Of a stretch of 64,000 nt of DNA, positions 1 through 12,560 are shown piece by piece. The stretch is taken from positions 186,001-250,000 of the forward strand of contig NC_086098.1 of the NCBI RefSeq assembly GCF_963921235.1, given 5' to 3'. Source of the DNA: Mobula hypostoma (lineage: Eukaryota). How positions within the stretch are numbered: position 1 is the first letter of the stretch; each line of letters begins with the position of its first letter. The position numbers and the translations under genes were made by a program. The notes beneath the pieces are model-generated. The model made no database searches, was not told where the DNA came from, and saw only the letters and a program-made list of their open reading frames with translations.

Positions 1-235
1 GAATCTGTGGCATTCTCTGCCCAAGGAAGCAGTGGAGGCTACCTCAGTAAATATATTTAAGGCAAGGTTGGATAGATTTTTGCATAGTAGAGGAATTAAC
101 GGTTATATGGAAAAGGCAGGTAGCTGGAGATGAATCCATTACCAGACTAGCCATGATCTTATTGAATGACGGAGTGGGCTCGATGGGTCAGATGGCCTAC
201 TACTGCTCCTATTTCTTATATTATTATGTTCTTAC
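1..235 (+). mobile_element. CR1 LINE 3' end fragment (RT C-terminus, 3'UTR, tail)
   Basis: Encodes NLWHSLPKEAVEA-type CR1 C-terminus, then the gggtcagatggcc 3'UTR hairpin region and a ttatgttctt tail. Confidence 0.85.
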
Positions 236-261
236 ATTGAATTTGGTCCAGATTCCATCAA

Positions 262-750
262 ACTGCACCCATACCATAGCCCTTCACACCCCCACTATCC
301 ATGTACCTATCAAAATTGCTCTTCAACATTGAAATCAAACTTGAATGCACCTTTCTCATGACCTCCTGAGTGAAGAAGTTTCCCCTCAAGTTCCCCTTAC
401 ACTTTTCATGTTTCACCCTTAACCCATGACCTCAAGTTGTAGTCCCACCCGACCTCAGTGGACAAAATCTGCTTGCATTTACCCTATCTATATCCCTCAT
501 AATTTTGTATCTTTTTATCAAATCACCCCTCAGTCTTCTACGTTCCAGGGAATAAAGTTCTAATCTGTTCAATCTTTACTATAACTTGGTTCCTCCAGTG
601 CCAGTAACTTCCTTGAAAATTTTCTCTGTACTCTTTTAACTTTATTTACATATTTTCTGTAGGCAGGTGATGAAATGCACACAATAGTCCAAATTATATC
701 TCACAAGCGTCTTATACAACTTCAACATAACATCCTATCTCCCATACTCG
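262..750 (-). mobile_element. Degraded CR1 LINE ORF2 3' fragment
   Basis: Similar by eye to better-preserved minus-strand CR1 3' ends in the window (e.g. 16040-16560). Confidence 0.75.
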
Positions 751-759
751 GTCAACAGA

Positions 760-915
760 TGCAGGCCAGGCAGCATCTATGGAAAAATAAAACAGTGCAA
801 ATGAAGGGTCTCGGCCTGAAACTTCAACTATTTACTCTTTTCCATAGATGCTGCCTGGCCTGCAAAGTTCCTCCAGCAGACTGATGAACAGTCTCATCCC
901 AAAATGTTGACAGTT
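760..915. mobile_element. Penelope-terminal-repeat-derived inverted-repeat mini-element with decayed hammerhead motifs
   Basis: Perfect 27-bp inverted arms 760-786 and 838-864 (tgcaggccaggcagcatctatggaaaa) enclose atgaagggtctcggcctgaaac; a second decayed ctgatga motif starts at 881. Confidence 0.75.
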
Positions 916-967
916 CACTCTTTGTGGAACATTTTGGAGGGGGAGGGACAGCAGCCATATGTCTTAG

Positions 968-2045
968 ACCATAAAACCATAAGCCATAGGAGCAGAATTA
1001 GGCCATTCAACTGATCGAGTCTGCTCCACTATTCCATCATGGCTGATCCCGGATCCCACTCAACTCCATACGCCTGCCTTCTCGCCATACCATTTGATGC
1101 CCTGACTGATCAGGAAGCGGTCAACTTCTGCCTTAAATGTATAAATAGACTTGGCTTTTACCACAGAACGTGAGGGAACTTTCGCTACTCTCTGGCTAAA
1201 AATATTCCTCCTTAACTGTTCTATAAGGTTTTGAGTTGGTACTCTCTAGTTCTTTGTACCCCCACCATTGGAAACGTCCTCGCTACATCTCTATTTCTTC
1301 ACACAGAGAGTGGTGAATCTGTGGAATTCTCTGCCACAGGAAACAGTTGAGGCCAGTTCATTGGCTATATTTAAGAGGGAGTTAGATATGGCCCTTGTGG
1401 CTAAAGGGATCAGGGGGTATGGAGGGAAGGCTGGTACAGGGTTCTGAGTTGGATGATCAGCCATGATCATACTGAATGGCGGTGCAGGCTCGAAGGGCCG
1501 AATGGCCTACTCCTGCACCTATTTTCTATGTTTCTATCCAGCCTATCTACTCCTTTCAACAATCAGTAGGTTTCAATGAGATCTCCCCGCATTCTTCTAA
1601 ATTTCAGTGAGTACAGGCCCAAAGCTCCCAAATGCTTCTCTTATGTTAACCCCTTCATTCCTGAAATCATCCTTGTGCACATTCTCTGGACTCCCTCCAA
1701 TGACAGCACATCCTTTTCTGAGATATGAGGCCCAAAACTGTTGGTAATACTCTAAGTGCAGCCTGACTAGTGTCTTATAAAGGCTCAGCACTAGCTTTTA
1801 TATTCTATTCCTCTTGAAATAAATGGCAACAATGCATTTGCCTTCCTTACCAAAGACTCAGCCTGAAAATTGGCCTTCCAGTAGTCTTGCACGAGGATTC
1901 CTAAGTCACTCTGTTCCTCTGATGTTTCAACCTTTTCCTCATTTAGATAATAGTCTGCACTGTTGTTTCTTTTCCAAAAATGCATCATCATACATTTCCC
2001 AACACTGTATTCCATCTGCCACATTTTTGCCCATTCTTCCAAAGT
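968..2045 (-). mobile_element. CR1 LINE 3' portion, interrupted by a + strand CR1 piece
   Basis: ORFs 1597-1791 and 1791-2042 (WAKMWQMEYSVGKC, LYKTLVRLHLEY); tail repeats at ~968-990. Confidence 0.85.
1295..1537 (+). mobile_element. Short 5'-truncated CR1 insertion, same subfamily as 50893-53765
   Basis: Closely matches ~53528-53764, including ggctcgaagggccgaatggcc and the ttctatgtttctat tail. Confidence 0.85.
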
Positions 2046-2174
2046 TGTATGACCTCTTTTTACTTTTACATTAGCTTTAACTTACCTTCATTTTTTGAAT
2101 ACCTTTATTCTGCAGCTTCCTCTTTTTTCCAGAAACTCAAGCTATTGTCGCTCTGCTATCATCCCTGCCAGCAT

Positions 2175-2900
2175 CTCTAACACGAAGGGGCACTGTTTTA
2201 AGGTGCTTGGAAGTAGGTACAGAGATGTTAGGGGTAAGTTTTTTTACACAAAGAGGGGTGAGTATGTGGAATGGGCTGCTGGCAACAGTGGTGGAGGTGG
2301 ATAAGATAGGGTTTTTTAAGAGGCTCTTGGATAGGTACATGGAGTTCAGAAAAATAGAGAACCCTAGTTAATTTAGTTAATTTATAAAGTAAGTACATAT
2401 TCGGTACAGCATTGTGGGCCGAAGGGCCTGAATTGTTCTGTAGGCTTTCTATGTTTCTATGTTTCTTTACCAGCAGAGCCACACCACCCCCTCTGCCTAC
2501 CTTTTGATCCCTCCAATGCAACATGTAACCTTGGACATTCAGCTGCCAACTACAACTATCCTTTAGCCACGATTCAGTGATGGCCACAACATCATACCTG
2601 ACAATCTGTAGTAGTGCAAGAAGATCTCTTATACTCTGTGCATTGAGATATCACACTTTAAGTGCTGCATTTGCTACGCTTTTTGATCCTGCATCCCTAA
2701 TGCACTGATAGTCACCCTGCTGGCTGCAATCTTCTCCTTCCTGACAGTCTGTCTGCACGCTGTATTTCCTTTGTTGCCATCCTGGGTCCCTTCACTCCGG
2801 TTCCCACCCTCACCCCCTGCCAAATTAGTTCAAACCCTCCCCACCTGCTTTCACAAGCCTGCTTGCAAGAATATTAGTCCTCCTCAGGTTCAGGTGCAAC
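2175..2900. mobile_element. CR1 debris: + strand 3' end (~2175-2466) next to a minus-strand endonuclease-start fragment
   Basis: AITESWLKD..WQLNVQGY..GRGGGVALLVK in ORF 2228-2587; + strand (ctatgttt)n tail at ~2449-2466. Confidence 0.75.
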
Positions 2901-4428
2901 GTGTATTGTGCTGTATGTTTTCTATGTTTCTATGTTTCTCAAAATCTTATAAACCTCTTTCAGATCTCCCCTCAGCTGAGAAAACAACACTCATTTGTCC
3001 AACTCCTCCTTATAGCACATGTCCCTTATTCTCCTAGTAAACCTTTTCTACACCCTCTCCAAAGCCTTGACATCCTTCCTATAATGCGACGACCAGAACT
3101 GTATGCAATCCTCCAGATGCCCCCTAACTAGAATTTTATAAAGCTTCTTCTATAGATGTGTAGAGGAGAGCATATTGGCTGGCTGCATCATAGCCTTTGA
3201 ATGGAAAATCCTCCAAACAGTAGTGGATTCAACCCAGTATATGACAGGTAAGCCCTCCCAACCGTCAGAGGAAAGCATCATCAGAGATTCCCACCATCTG
3301 GTTCAAAAACAGTTACTACCTCTCAACTATCGGGATAAAAGGGGATAACTACACTCTCTTGGATCATCATTGAAATGTTCTTACAATCACTAATCTCACT
3401 TTAAGGACTCTTTATATCATTATTTTATATCCTCCTATTCATTGCTATTTATCTATATTTGCATTTGCACAATTTGCTGTCTTTTGCACTTAGGATTAAT
3501 CTTATATTGTTATAGTTACTTTTCTATAGATGTGTTGAGTAGAAACATAGGAACATAGAAAACCTACAGCACAATGCAGGCCCTTCGGCTCACAAAGCTG
3601 TGCTGAACATGTCCTTACCTTAGAACTACCTAGGCTGGGGGTGCCAGTGCACATACGTATGGATTAGACGTGTTTGGTCAGTGCTCCTCTCTGAGGCCTC
3701 GATAAAATTATTATTATATCGTGTTTTATTTATTCATGGGCCAATAGTGTGCGTTTACTCTCTTTATCTAAACTAAGTGTATGGAAAAGTTTGACAATGC
3801 CGAAGGCAAACAAAGCCAAGACCGCCGACTGCCAACTACCGGAGCTAGTGCTAATGCTAACAACAGGCTTGTAAATAACTCCTCCGTGTCTGAGATACCG
3901 CTGGAAAAAACTTACGCCATGTGCAAGGAATTAGGCCAGGAGATCTCTGAGTCAGTTCTGCATGGCATTAATGGCTGCTTTGATGTTTTTGAGACCAAGT
4001 TCCAGACGCTTGTGGCCTCACAGGCCGATCTACAAGCCCTTGTGGCTAATCAAGAACTAACCACTAGCGATCTAGAAGCACGTGTGCAAGAGCTTGAAGC
4101 TAAGTACTCAGAGCTAATGAGACAAAATAGCCAGCTCCAAGCTAAAGTGTTGACTTAGAGGCCCGTTCCCGGAGACATAACATTAAGATTGTAGGGATAC
4201 AAGAGAGTGAGGAGGATGGTAATCCCACTGAATTTGTTTCCAGACTGATTCCCAAGCTGCTCGGGGAAGAGCATTTCCTGCACCCCGTTAAAGTTGATGG
4301 TGCACATCGCTCTCTCCAGCTGAAGCCGGCCACCATTTTGGCACGTATTCCCCATTTTCAAGTGAAAGGGCTGATCTTGTGCCACGGCAGACTACCACCC
4401 ATGGACTACAAGGGAAACAAGGTCTTGA

Positions 4429-7400
4429 GGAAACAATCACAACACGCTGGAGGAACTCAGCAGGTCGGGCAGCATCAGTGGAATGATGAGTCGATGTTTT
4501 GGGCGGGAACCCTTCGGCAGGACTGAAGAAAGAAGGTGGGGGAGGGTTTGAAGAAGGCTGGCAGGTTCAGTTGAAAAACCAGTAATTTGAAAGACAAAGG
4601 AGTGGGGGAGGGGAAGCAGGAATGTCATAGGCAGGAAAACAATGGGTAGTAGAAGAAGGAGAGGGAACCATGAGGGAGATGATAGGCAGCTGGGGGAGGG
4701 GGCAGAGTAAAATAGGGATAGAGGAAGGGAGATGGAGGGAATTACCGGAAGTTGGAGAATTCTATGTTCATATCAAGAGGCTGGAGACTACCTCGACGGT
4801 ATATGAGGTGTTGCTCCTCCAACCTGAGTTTAGCCTCATCATGGCAGTAGAGGAGGCCATGTACGGACATATCTGAATGGGAATGGGAAGCAGAGTTGAA
4901 GTGGGTGGGTACCGGGAGATCCTGTCTGTTGTGGCAGACAGAGTGGAGGTGCTCGACAAAGCGGTCCCCCAATCTGCGTTGGGTTTCACCGATGTAGAGG
5001 AGGCCACACTGGGAGCACTGAATGCAATAGATGACCCCAACAGACTCACAAGTGAAGTGTTGCCTCACCTGGAAGGGCTGTTTGGGGCTCTGAACGGTGG
5101 CAAGAGAGGAGGTGTAGGGACAGGTGTAGCACTTATGCTTACAGGAATAAGTGCCAGGTGGGAGATCCGTGGGGATGGACGTGTGGATAAGGGAGTCGCT
5201 GAGGGATCGATCCCTGCGGAAAGCGGAGAGGGGTGGAGAGGTAAAGATGTGCTTAGTGGTGGGGTCCTGTTGAAGGTGGCGGAAGTTGCGGAGGATAATG
5301 TGTTGGATCCGGAGGCTGGTGGGGTGGTACATGAGGACAAGGGGAACTCTATCCCTGTTGTGGTTGCGGGAGGATGGGGTGAGGGCCGAAGTGCGGGAAA
5401 TGGAGGAGATGTGAGTGAGGGCATCATTGATGATGGTAGAAGGGAAACCACGATCCTTAAAGAAAGAGGACATTTGAGATGTCCATAAGACCATAAGACA
5501 AAGGAGCAGAAGTATGCCATTCAGCCCATCGAGTCTGCTCCACCATTTTATCATGAGCTGATCCATTTTCTCCTATTTAGTCCCACTCCCCTGCCTTCTC
5601 ACCATAACCTTTGATACCCTGGCTACTCAGATACCTATCAATCTCTGCCTTAAATACACCCAATGACTTGGCCTCCACTGCTGCCTGTGGCAACAAATTC
5701 CATAGATTCACCACCCTCTGACTAAAAAAATTTCTTCGCATTTCTGTTCTGAAAGGGCGCCCTTCAATCCTTAAGTCATGCCCTCTCGTACTAGACTCCC
5801 CCATCATGGGAAACAACTTTGCCACATCCACTCTGTCCATGCCTTTTAACATTTGAAATGTTTCTATGAGGTCTCCCCCCATTCTTCTAAATTCCAAGGA
5901 ATACAGTCCAAGAGTGGACAAACGTTCCTCATATGTTAACCCTCTCATTCCCGGAATCATTCTGGAATGGAAAGCCTCATCCTGGGAGCAGATGCGGCGA
6001 AGATGGAGGAACTGGGAATAGGAAATGGCATTTTTGCATGTGGCAGGGTGGGAAGAGGTATAGTCGAGGTAGTTATGAGAGTCAGTGGGCTTGTAGAAGA
6101 TGTCAGTGGACAGTCTGTCTCCAGAGATGGAGACTGAGAGATCGAGAAAGGGGAGAGAAGTGTCTGAGATAGACCAAGTGAATTTGAGGGCTGGGTGGAA
6201 GTTTGAAGTAAAGTCGATGAAATTGACGAGCTCAGCATGGGTGCATGAAGCAGCACCAACGTAGTTGTCAATGTACTGAAGGAAAAGTTGGGGAGCAGTA
6301 CCAGAATAGGTTTGGAGCACAGACTGTTCCACATAACCAACGAAGAGGCAGGTGTAGCTGGGTCCCATGCAAGTTCCCATAGCTACACCCTTAGTCTGAA
6401 GAAAGTGGGAAGAGCCAAAAGAGAAGTTATTAAGTGTGAGAACCAGTTCCACCAACAACCGGAGGAGGGTAGTGGTGGTGGGGGTGGGGAACTGGTGAGG
6501 TCTATTGTCCAGAAAGTAGCAGAGGGCTTTGAGGCTTTCTTGATGGGGAATAGAGGTGTATAGGGATTGGACATCCATAGTGAAAATGAAGCGGTTGGGA
6601 CCGGGGAACTGGAAGTTATTGAAGAGGTGGAGGGCATGGGATGTATCCAGGATGTAGGTGGGGAGGAACTGAACTATGGGTGACAAAATGGAGTCCAGGT
6701 AGGCAGATACAAGTTCGGTGGGACAGGAGCAGGCAGAAACTATGGGTCTAGCAGGACAGTCAGACTTGAGTATCTTTGGGAGGAGGTAAAACCGAGCGGT
6801 ACGGGGTGTGGGAATAATGAGTTTAGCGACTGAGGATGGAAGGTCTCCGGAGTTGATAAGGGTGGTGATGGTGCGGGAGACAATGGTTTGATGTTTTTTG
6901 GTGGAGTCCTGTTCCAGTGGTAAGTAAGAGGAGGTGTCAGAGAGCTGCCGTTTGGCCTCAGTGAGGTAGAGGTCTGTCCGCCAGACTACTACGGCACCAC
7001 CTTTGTCAGCGGGTTTGATGGTGAGGTTGGGATTAGTGCGGAGAGAGTGGAGGGCACTGCGTTCAGAGGGAGTGAAGTTGGAACAGGAGAGAGGAGTGGT
7101 GAAGTTGAGACGGTTGATGTCTCGGCGACAGTTGGAGATAAAGAGATCGAGTGCGGGTAGAAGGCCCGGGCGGGGTGTCCAGGAGGAGGAGGAGGGTTGA
7201 AGACAGGAGAAGGGGTCATCAGTAGGGGGAGGGGAATCCTTGCCAAAGAAGTAGGCTCGGAGACGTAGGCGACGGAAGACGACTTCAGCATCATGGCGGG
7301 CACGGAACTCACTGAGGTGTGGACGGAGGGGGACAAAAGTGAGGCCCTTGCTAGGACAGAACGTTCTGCCTCATAGAGGGGAAGGTCAGAGGGGATGGTG

Positions 7401-7706
7401 AAGACACGGCAAGGGTTGGGGCTGGGGTCGGAGAAGGGTGAAGAGTGGGAGGTCTCAGGAGGGAGAGGGAGGTTGGGATGTTCGGGGAGAGCGGGGTTAG
7501 GGGAAGATGAGGAATCAGAGGAATGGAGGGGCGATGAGGGGTAGAGGGAAGTTTGGGAGTCACTGAGAGGAAAGAGCGTAGTGGGGGAATAAGATGGGCG
7601 GTGGGATCCAGCGGCAGTAAGAGCGGTACCGGTTTGGAGAGTGTCGGAACCTCGGTCCGACCTGGATCTGGAGCTGGAGGTGGCGGAGCCTGTAGCCTGC
7701 AGCCTG
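4429..7706 (-). mobile_element. Penelope-like element (RT plus C-terminal GIY-YIG, Poseidon-type), 5'-truncated, inside L1 ORF1
   Basis: TMDVQSLYTSIPH, GVAMGT.MGPSY, YIDN (catalytic D lost), YKPTD, GVIYCIQCSQCGLLYIGET. Flanked by a 5-bp duplication cttga (4424-4428 / 7707-7711). Confidence 0.92.
5483..5962 (-). mobile_element. CR1 3' fragment inserted in the PLE
   Basis: MIPGMRGLTYEERL...QRVVNLWN and a tcttatggtcttatgg tail; same subfamily as 31747-35170. PLE text resumes either side (EAFHSR|TSQMSSFF). Confidence 0.92.
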
Positions 7707-8727
7707 CTTGATCTTCCCAGACTATACCAGTGAGGTGATGACTCAACGTCGTGCCTTTCGTGATGGAGGAATCAAGCACACCCTGTGGTATCTGACTAGG
7801 CTCTATATTTATCATCAGAACGGAGGAGCGCCTATCGTCTACGACGACCCGAAGGAAGCAGCACAGTTCTTGGAAAGGAATAACGCACGCAAAGGGGAGT
7901 AGCTTATACTTGTGCCAGTTTACATGTTGGAATAAGGGGAGGGACCTGCTTGCTATATGTAGTTTTACAATGTTGTATGCCGCACTGGGATTTAATTGCA
8001 GAGAATGTTTTAAATATGTCTGTTATTACAATGGTTAAGTTTGAGTTGGTGTCATGAATGCCCAGCTTCAGGTGCGGACATTGGATAACTCTCCCCAGCC
8101 CTAATAGCATTTGTTTAACGGTATTATATAGTTCGCGTTATAAAGTTTCTCGGAGAGGGGGCTGGTGATAATTGTGTAATGTTAGTTACCTGCCCAGCAG
8201 CTCCTTTTGGGATGGAAATGGGGAACTATGTGTCTGTTTTTGCAAGACACGAAGGGGGGTGGGTTAGGGTGTGTGTTCTTGTTTATAGCTTAGACCTGTT
8301 TTTTTGTATGTTGTGTTTTTATGAGGCTGTCAGCCATTCTGCACTGTTTATTATGTTGTGCTCAACTGTAATAATCTCTTTTTTATTCTCATATGCAGAG
8401 GTCTCATGGTAGAACGCAGCTGGGGGGCAAAGATATTACAATAGTCTCGTGGAATGTTAGGGGGCTTGGTCATATTGTTAAGAGGGACAAAGTTTTCAGT
8501 CATCTCAAATCTCTATCTGCAGACGTGATTTTTCTACAGGAAACCCATATCAAAGTAACTGAGCAACGCAGATTGAGGTCTAGCTGGATATTGCACGTTT
8601 ACCAGTCACCATTTACTTCTCATGCCCGTGGTGTGGCTATCCTTTTTAGGAAAAAATATTCCATTTCAACTCACTTCCGTGACTACGGATGCTCTCGCTG
8701 GTATATCATGGCCTCTGGCACCATTAA

Positions 8728-8868
8728 AGTTGCTGGTGAACGCAGCAGGCCAGGCAGCATCTCTAGGAAGAGGTACAGTCGACTGTACCTCTTCCTAGAG
8801 ATGCTGCCTGGCCTGCTGCAACTTTGATGTGCGTTGCTTGAATTTCCAGCATCTGCAGAATTCCTGTT
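8728..8868. mobile_element. Palindromic mini-PLE insertion in the L1 endonuclease
   Basis: Perfect palindrome 8742-8819; 15-bp TSD ctctggcaccattaa at 8713-8727 and 8869-8883. Confidence 0.9.
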
Positions 8869-11800
8869 CTCTGGCACCATTAATTCGTTTCCACTAACCT
8901 TCCTTAATACTTATGGTCCAAACACAGACAAGCCAAATTTTTTTAGGAAAGTTTTTGATTTACTTCCAGATGCCAGTAATTCAAATATAATAATCCGCGG
9001 TGATTTGAATTGCTACCTAAATCCATATTTAGATAGATTGTCCTCCCACCCGCCCTCAAATATCGTGTCAGTGCAGGTCCTAAACAATTTGATTAAATCT
9101 AGGAATTTAGTAGATATCTGGCGAGTTCAACATCCCACCAACAAGGACTATTCTTATTATTCTCATGTTCACAAATACTATATAGTAGAATAGACTATTT
9201 TTGGTTGATTCTCATTTAATTTCTCATGTTACCAATACAAAATATCATAATATATTAATCTCTGACCATAGCCTCTTGACAATGTCCCTAAATCTCTCTC
9301 TTTCCAAACAAATCTATCCCTGGTGTTTTAACCCTTCCCTACTCACTGATAAGAAAATTATAGAAAATATCACCATCAGATTAAAAGATTTTGTAGAAAT
9401 TAATGATAATGGCGAGGTGTCAGATTCCACACTCTGGGAGACATTAAAAGTTGTAATTCGTGGGTATATAATTTCATATGAATCCGCTGTTAAGAGGGAG
9501 AAAGAAGGGCGATTATTAGAGATGGAGAATACTCTCCCAGCTCTCAAAGCGATATACCAGGCCTCGAAATCCTCTGAAGACTACAATAAGATAATGAAGC
9601 TTAAATATGAGTACAATTGCATCTTGGGTAGTCAAATAAATAACCTCCTCTTAAAGTTAAGACAAATGGGGGACAAGCCTGGGGGGCTCCTGGCACAGCA
9701 GCTTAGGGGTGCCCAGGCCCTAAGGTCAATCCACTGCATTAGATGAGGGCGGGCACTCTGTTATCCAACCCCAAGGAGGTAAATGACTGTTTTAAAGAAT
9801 TTTACAGTGAACTCTACACTTCTAATGCAATGCTACTCAATCTGATTTGAATGACTTCTTTGACTCTCCTGTAATGCTGAAACTTAGTGATGCTGCTAGG
9901 GAGGACTTAGATTCTGACTTCACATTGGAAGAAATAACTTCTGCCATTAAGTCATTTCCATCTGGTAAGGCAGCTGGGCCAGATAGATTTGGCTGCGAAT
10001 TTTATCAGAAATTTTGTGATATCCTTGCTCCACTTCTCCTCAGAATGATATCTTGCTCTGAGAAAGACAAAGCCTTGCCTAAAACATTGTACGAGGCTAA
10101 CGTTTCCCTCATTCTTAAGAAAGGTAAAGAGGAAACAGAGGAAACAGACCCAGCCAGCTATAGGCCCGTTGTACTCCAGAACTTCGATAGAAAGGTAATC
10201 ACTAAAATGCTGGCTAACTGACTAAATAAGCATTTGTCATCGATCATTCATCCTGATCAGACAGGATTCATCTTGGGCAACCTTTCTTTTTCCTGTGTTA
10301 GATGTCTCCTTAATACTATGTATGCTGATCATGGGAAAGCTAGTGGGGCAGCAATTTTATGCCTTGATGCATAGAAGGCTTTTGACCAGATTGAGTGGCC
10401 TTACATGTTTGAATCACTGTACAGGTTTGGGTTTGGTGAGTCATTTATATCCTGGGTAAAACTGATATATGCCAGCCCAATGTGTTCTATTATAACCAAT
10501 GGTGACAATTCAACTATGTTTCCTCTACACTGTTCAGTTCAGCAGGGTTGTCCTCACTCGTCGGCCCTCTTTGCTGTTGCGATAGAGCCCCTCACCCTAA
10601 AAATAAGAAGTCACCCAAATATTGTGGGTTTGAAAGTGGGAGGTATTGAAACACATATTAGTTCATATGCTGACGATGTGATACTGTACTTACAAAACCC
10701 AGAAAAGTCAGTCCCCCTTCTTCTAGATTTAATCACTTCTTTTGGCAGACTATCGGGATACTCAATCAATTGGACAAAAAGTGACTCTCCGACGTCTAGG
10801 TTTTTTTGAAAGTGTCCCATTTAAAGTAGTTAAAGATCATTTTACTTATCTTGGTTTGGCAATACCTAAAGATACTAAATTAATATTTAAATTAAATTTT
10901 GTAGAGTTTATTTCAAAACTTAAACAGAATATAAAAAATTGGAAAACCCTACCTCTGTCCATGATTGTTGTATAAATTCAATCAAAATGGTTTCCCTTCC
11001 TAGGTTTCTCTATCTTTGTCAAAATCTCCCCATTTTTCTTACTTCAGCTTTCTTTAAAGAGTTGGACTCCATAATATTGTCTTATATCTGGAATTATAAG
11101 AATCACAGGATTTTGAAAATTCATTTGCAAAAGCCCAAGTCTGAAGGAGGGCTGGGATTACCTATATTCAGACACTATTATTGGGCTGTCAGTATTAGGG
11201 CTCTAATGTTTTGGCAACAGGGGGCTCCAGATAACTCAGTCCCTGGGGCCCCCTTGTGGCTATATATGGAGTCTAACTCTGTTGTCAATTCCTCCTTGCC
11301 AGCCATGCTATTCTCTAAGTTAGAAAAGCCTGGGATTTTAAAAAGTTTAAGTTTTGTTTTGAAAAATTCCCATCAGAATTCTAAATCAGATTAGGAGTGT
11401 TCTGAATTTACCAGAGACTTCTGTACAAATACCAATCTGTTTCAATCACTCCTTTCCACCCTCATGGTCAGATAAAACCTACCATGCTTGGAGGGAGAAG
11501 GGTCTAGTTTCTATCGCAGATCTATACATAGAGGGACGGTTTGCAACATTTAGTCTGCTGAAAGAGAAATTTGAGCTGCCTCATTCACACTTTTTTCATA
11601 CTTACAAATTAGACACTACATTCAATCTAAGATTTGTAATTTTGAAATCCTTCCAGGGAAGCATATATTTTTTGATATCTTAAAGAACCCTCTGGACTCC
11701 AAGCATCTCATTTCTAAGTTTGTACATTCGTTCGATGGTTGTACTACAGCATCTACTGTGAAGATCAGGGAGGCCTGGACAGAGGAGTTGGGCATTAAAC

Positions 11801-12072
11801 TATCTGAAGCTGCCTGGGACAAGAGTTTGTCTATGATACAGGCTTGCTCTGTTAACAGCAGACACCAACTGATCCAGTTCAAAGTTGTGCACCGTCTTCA
11901 CTATTCTAAACTCAGGTTGCAGAGGATTTACTCTTCTGTCTCGCCAATGTGTGACAGATGTCAAGGGACGGAGGGCACGTTGTCACACACTTTGGTTTTG
12001 CCCATCACTGACTGGATTTTCGTTCAAAATATTTGACTGGTACTCAAAGGCCTATAAAAGATCCTTCCCTTT

Positions 12073-12560
12073 GGAGCAACACACACAAAATGCTGGTGGA
12101 ATGCAGCAGGCCAGGCAGCATCTATAGGAAGAGGTACAGTTGATGTTTCGGGCCGAGACCCTTCATCAGGACTAACTGAAAGACGAGATAGTCAGAGATT
12201 TGAAAGGGGGAGGGGGAGATCCAAAATGATAGGAGAAGACAGGAGGGGGAGGGATGGAGCTAAGAGCTGGAAAGTTGACTGTCAAAAGGGATACAAGGCT
12301 GGAGAAGGGAGAGAATCATGGGACGGGAGGCCTAGGGAGAAAGAAAGGGGGAGAGGAACACCAGAGGAAGATGGAGAGCAGGCAAGGAGTTACAGTGAGA
12401 GGGACAGAGGGAGAAAAAAGAGAGAGAGAGAAAGAAAGGGGAAAAAATAAAAAAATAATAAATGAATAAATAAGGGATGGGGTAAGAAGGGGAGGAGGGG
12501 CATTAACGGAAGTTAGAGAAGTCAATGTTCATGCCATCAGGTTGGAGGCTTTTCAACCAA
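12073..12560 (-). mobile_element. PLE 3' end fragment (subfamily B) in the L1 ORF2 C-terminus
   Basis: Terminal sequence similar to 28255-28460. Possible TSD ccttcccttt (12063-12072 / 12561-12570). Confidence 0.8.
12138..12173 (-). ncRNA. Minimal hammerhead ribozyme motif, CpG-decayed
   Basis: agtc-CTGATGA-agggtctcggccc-GAAACATC-aact; core boxes intact, with transitions in stem I and stem III. Confidence 0.6.

Larger units (their letters stand above)
3797..7902 (+). pseudogene. L1 ORF1p (coiled coil plus RNA-binding region), frameshifted and split by a PLE
   Basis: LEARVQELEAKY..LQAKVL, then LEARSRRHNIKIVGI..E and GAHRSL. YKGNKV|LIFPDYTSEV..QRRAF is rejoined when 4429-7706 is removed. Confidence 0.85.

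Noticed and set aside
4877..5520. Long antisense or alternative-frame ORFs over PLE and CR1 sequence (also e.g. 51014-51790, 53011-53697)
   Set aside because: Shadow ORFs of TE coding sequence with biased composition; no independent domain signal.
5577..6686. 369-aa ORF fusing PLE RT to a CR1 C-terminus
   Set aside because: Chance in-frame junction of a CR1 insertion; the RT catalytic motif is mutated (YIDN) and nothing suggests a functional chimera.
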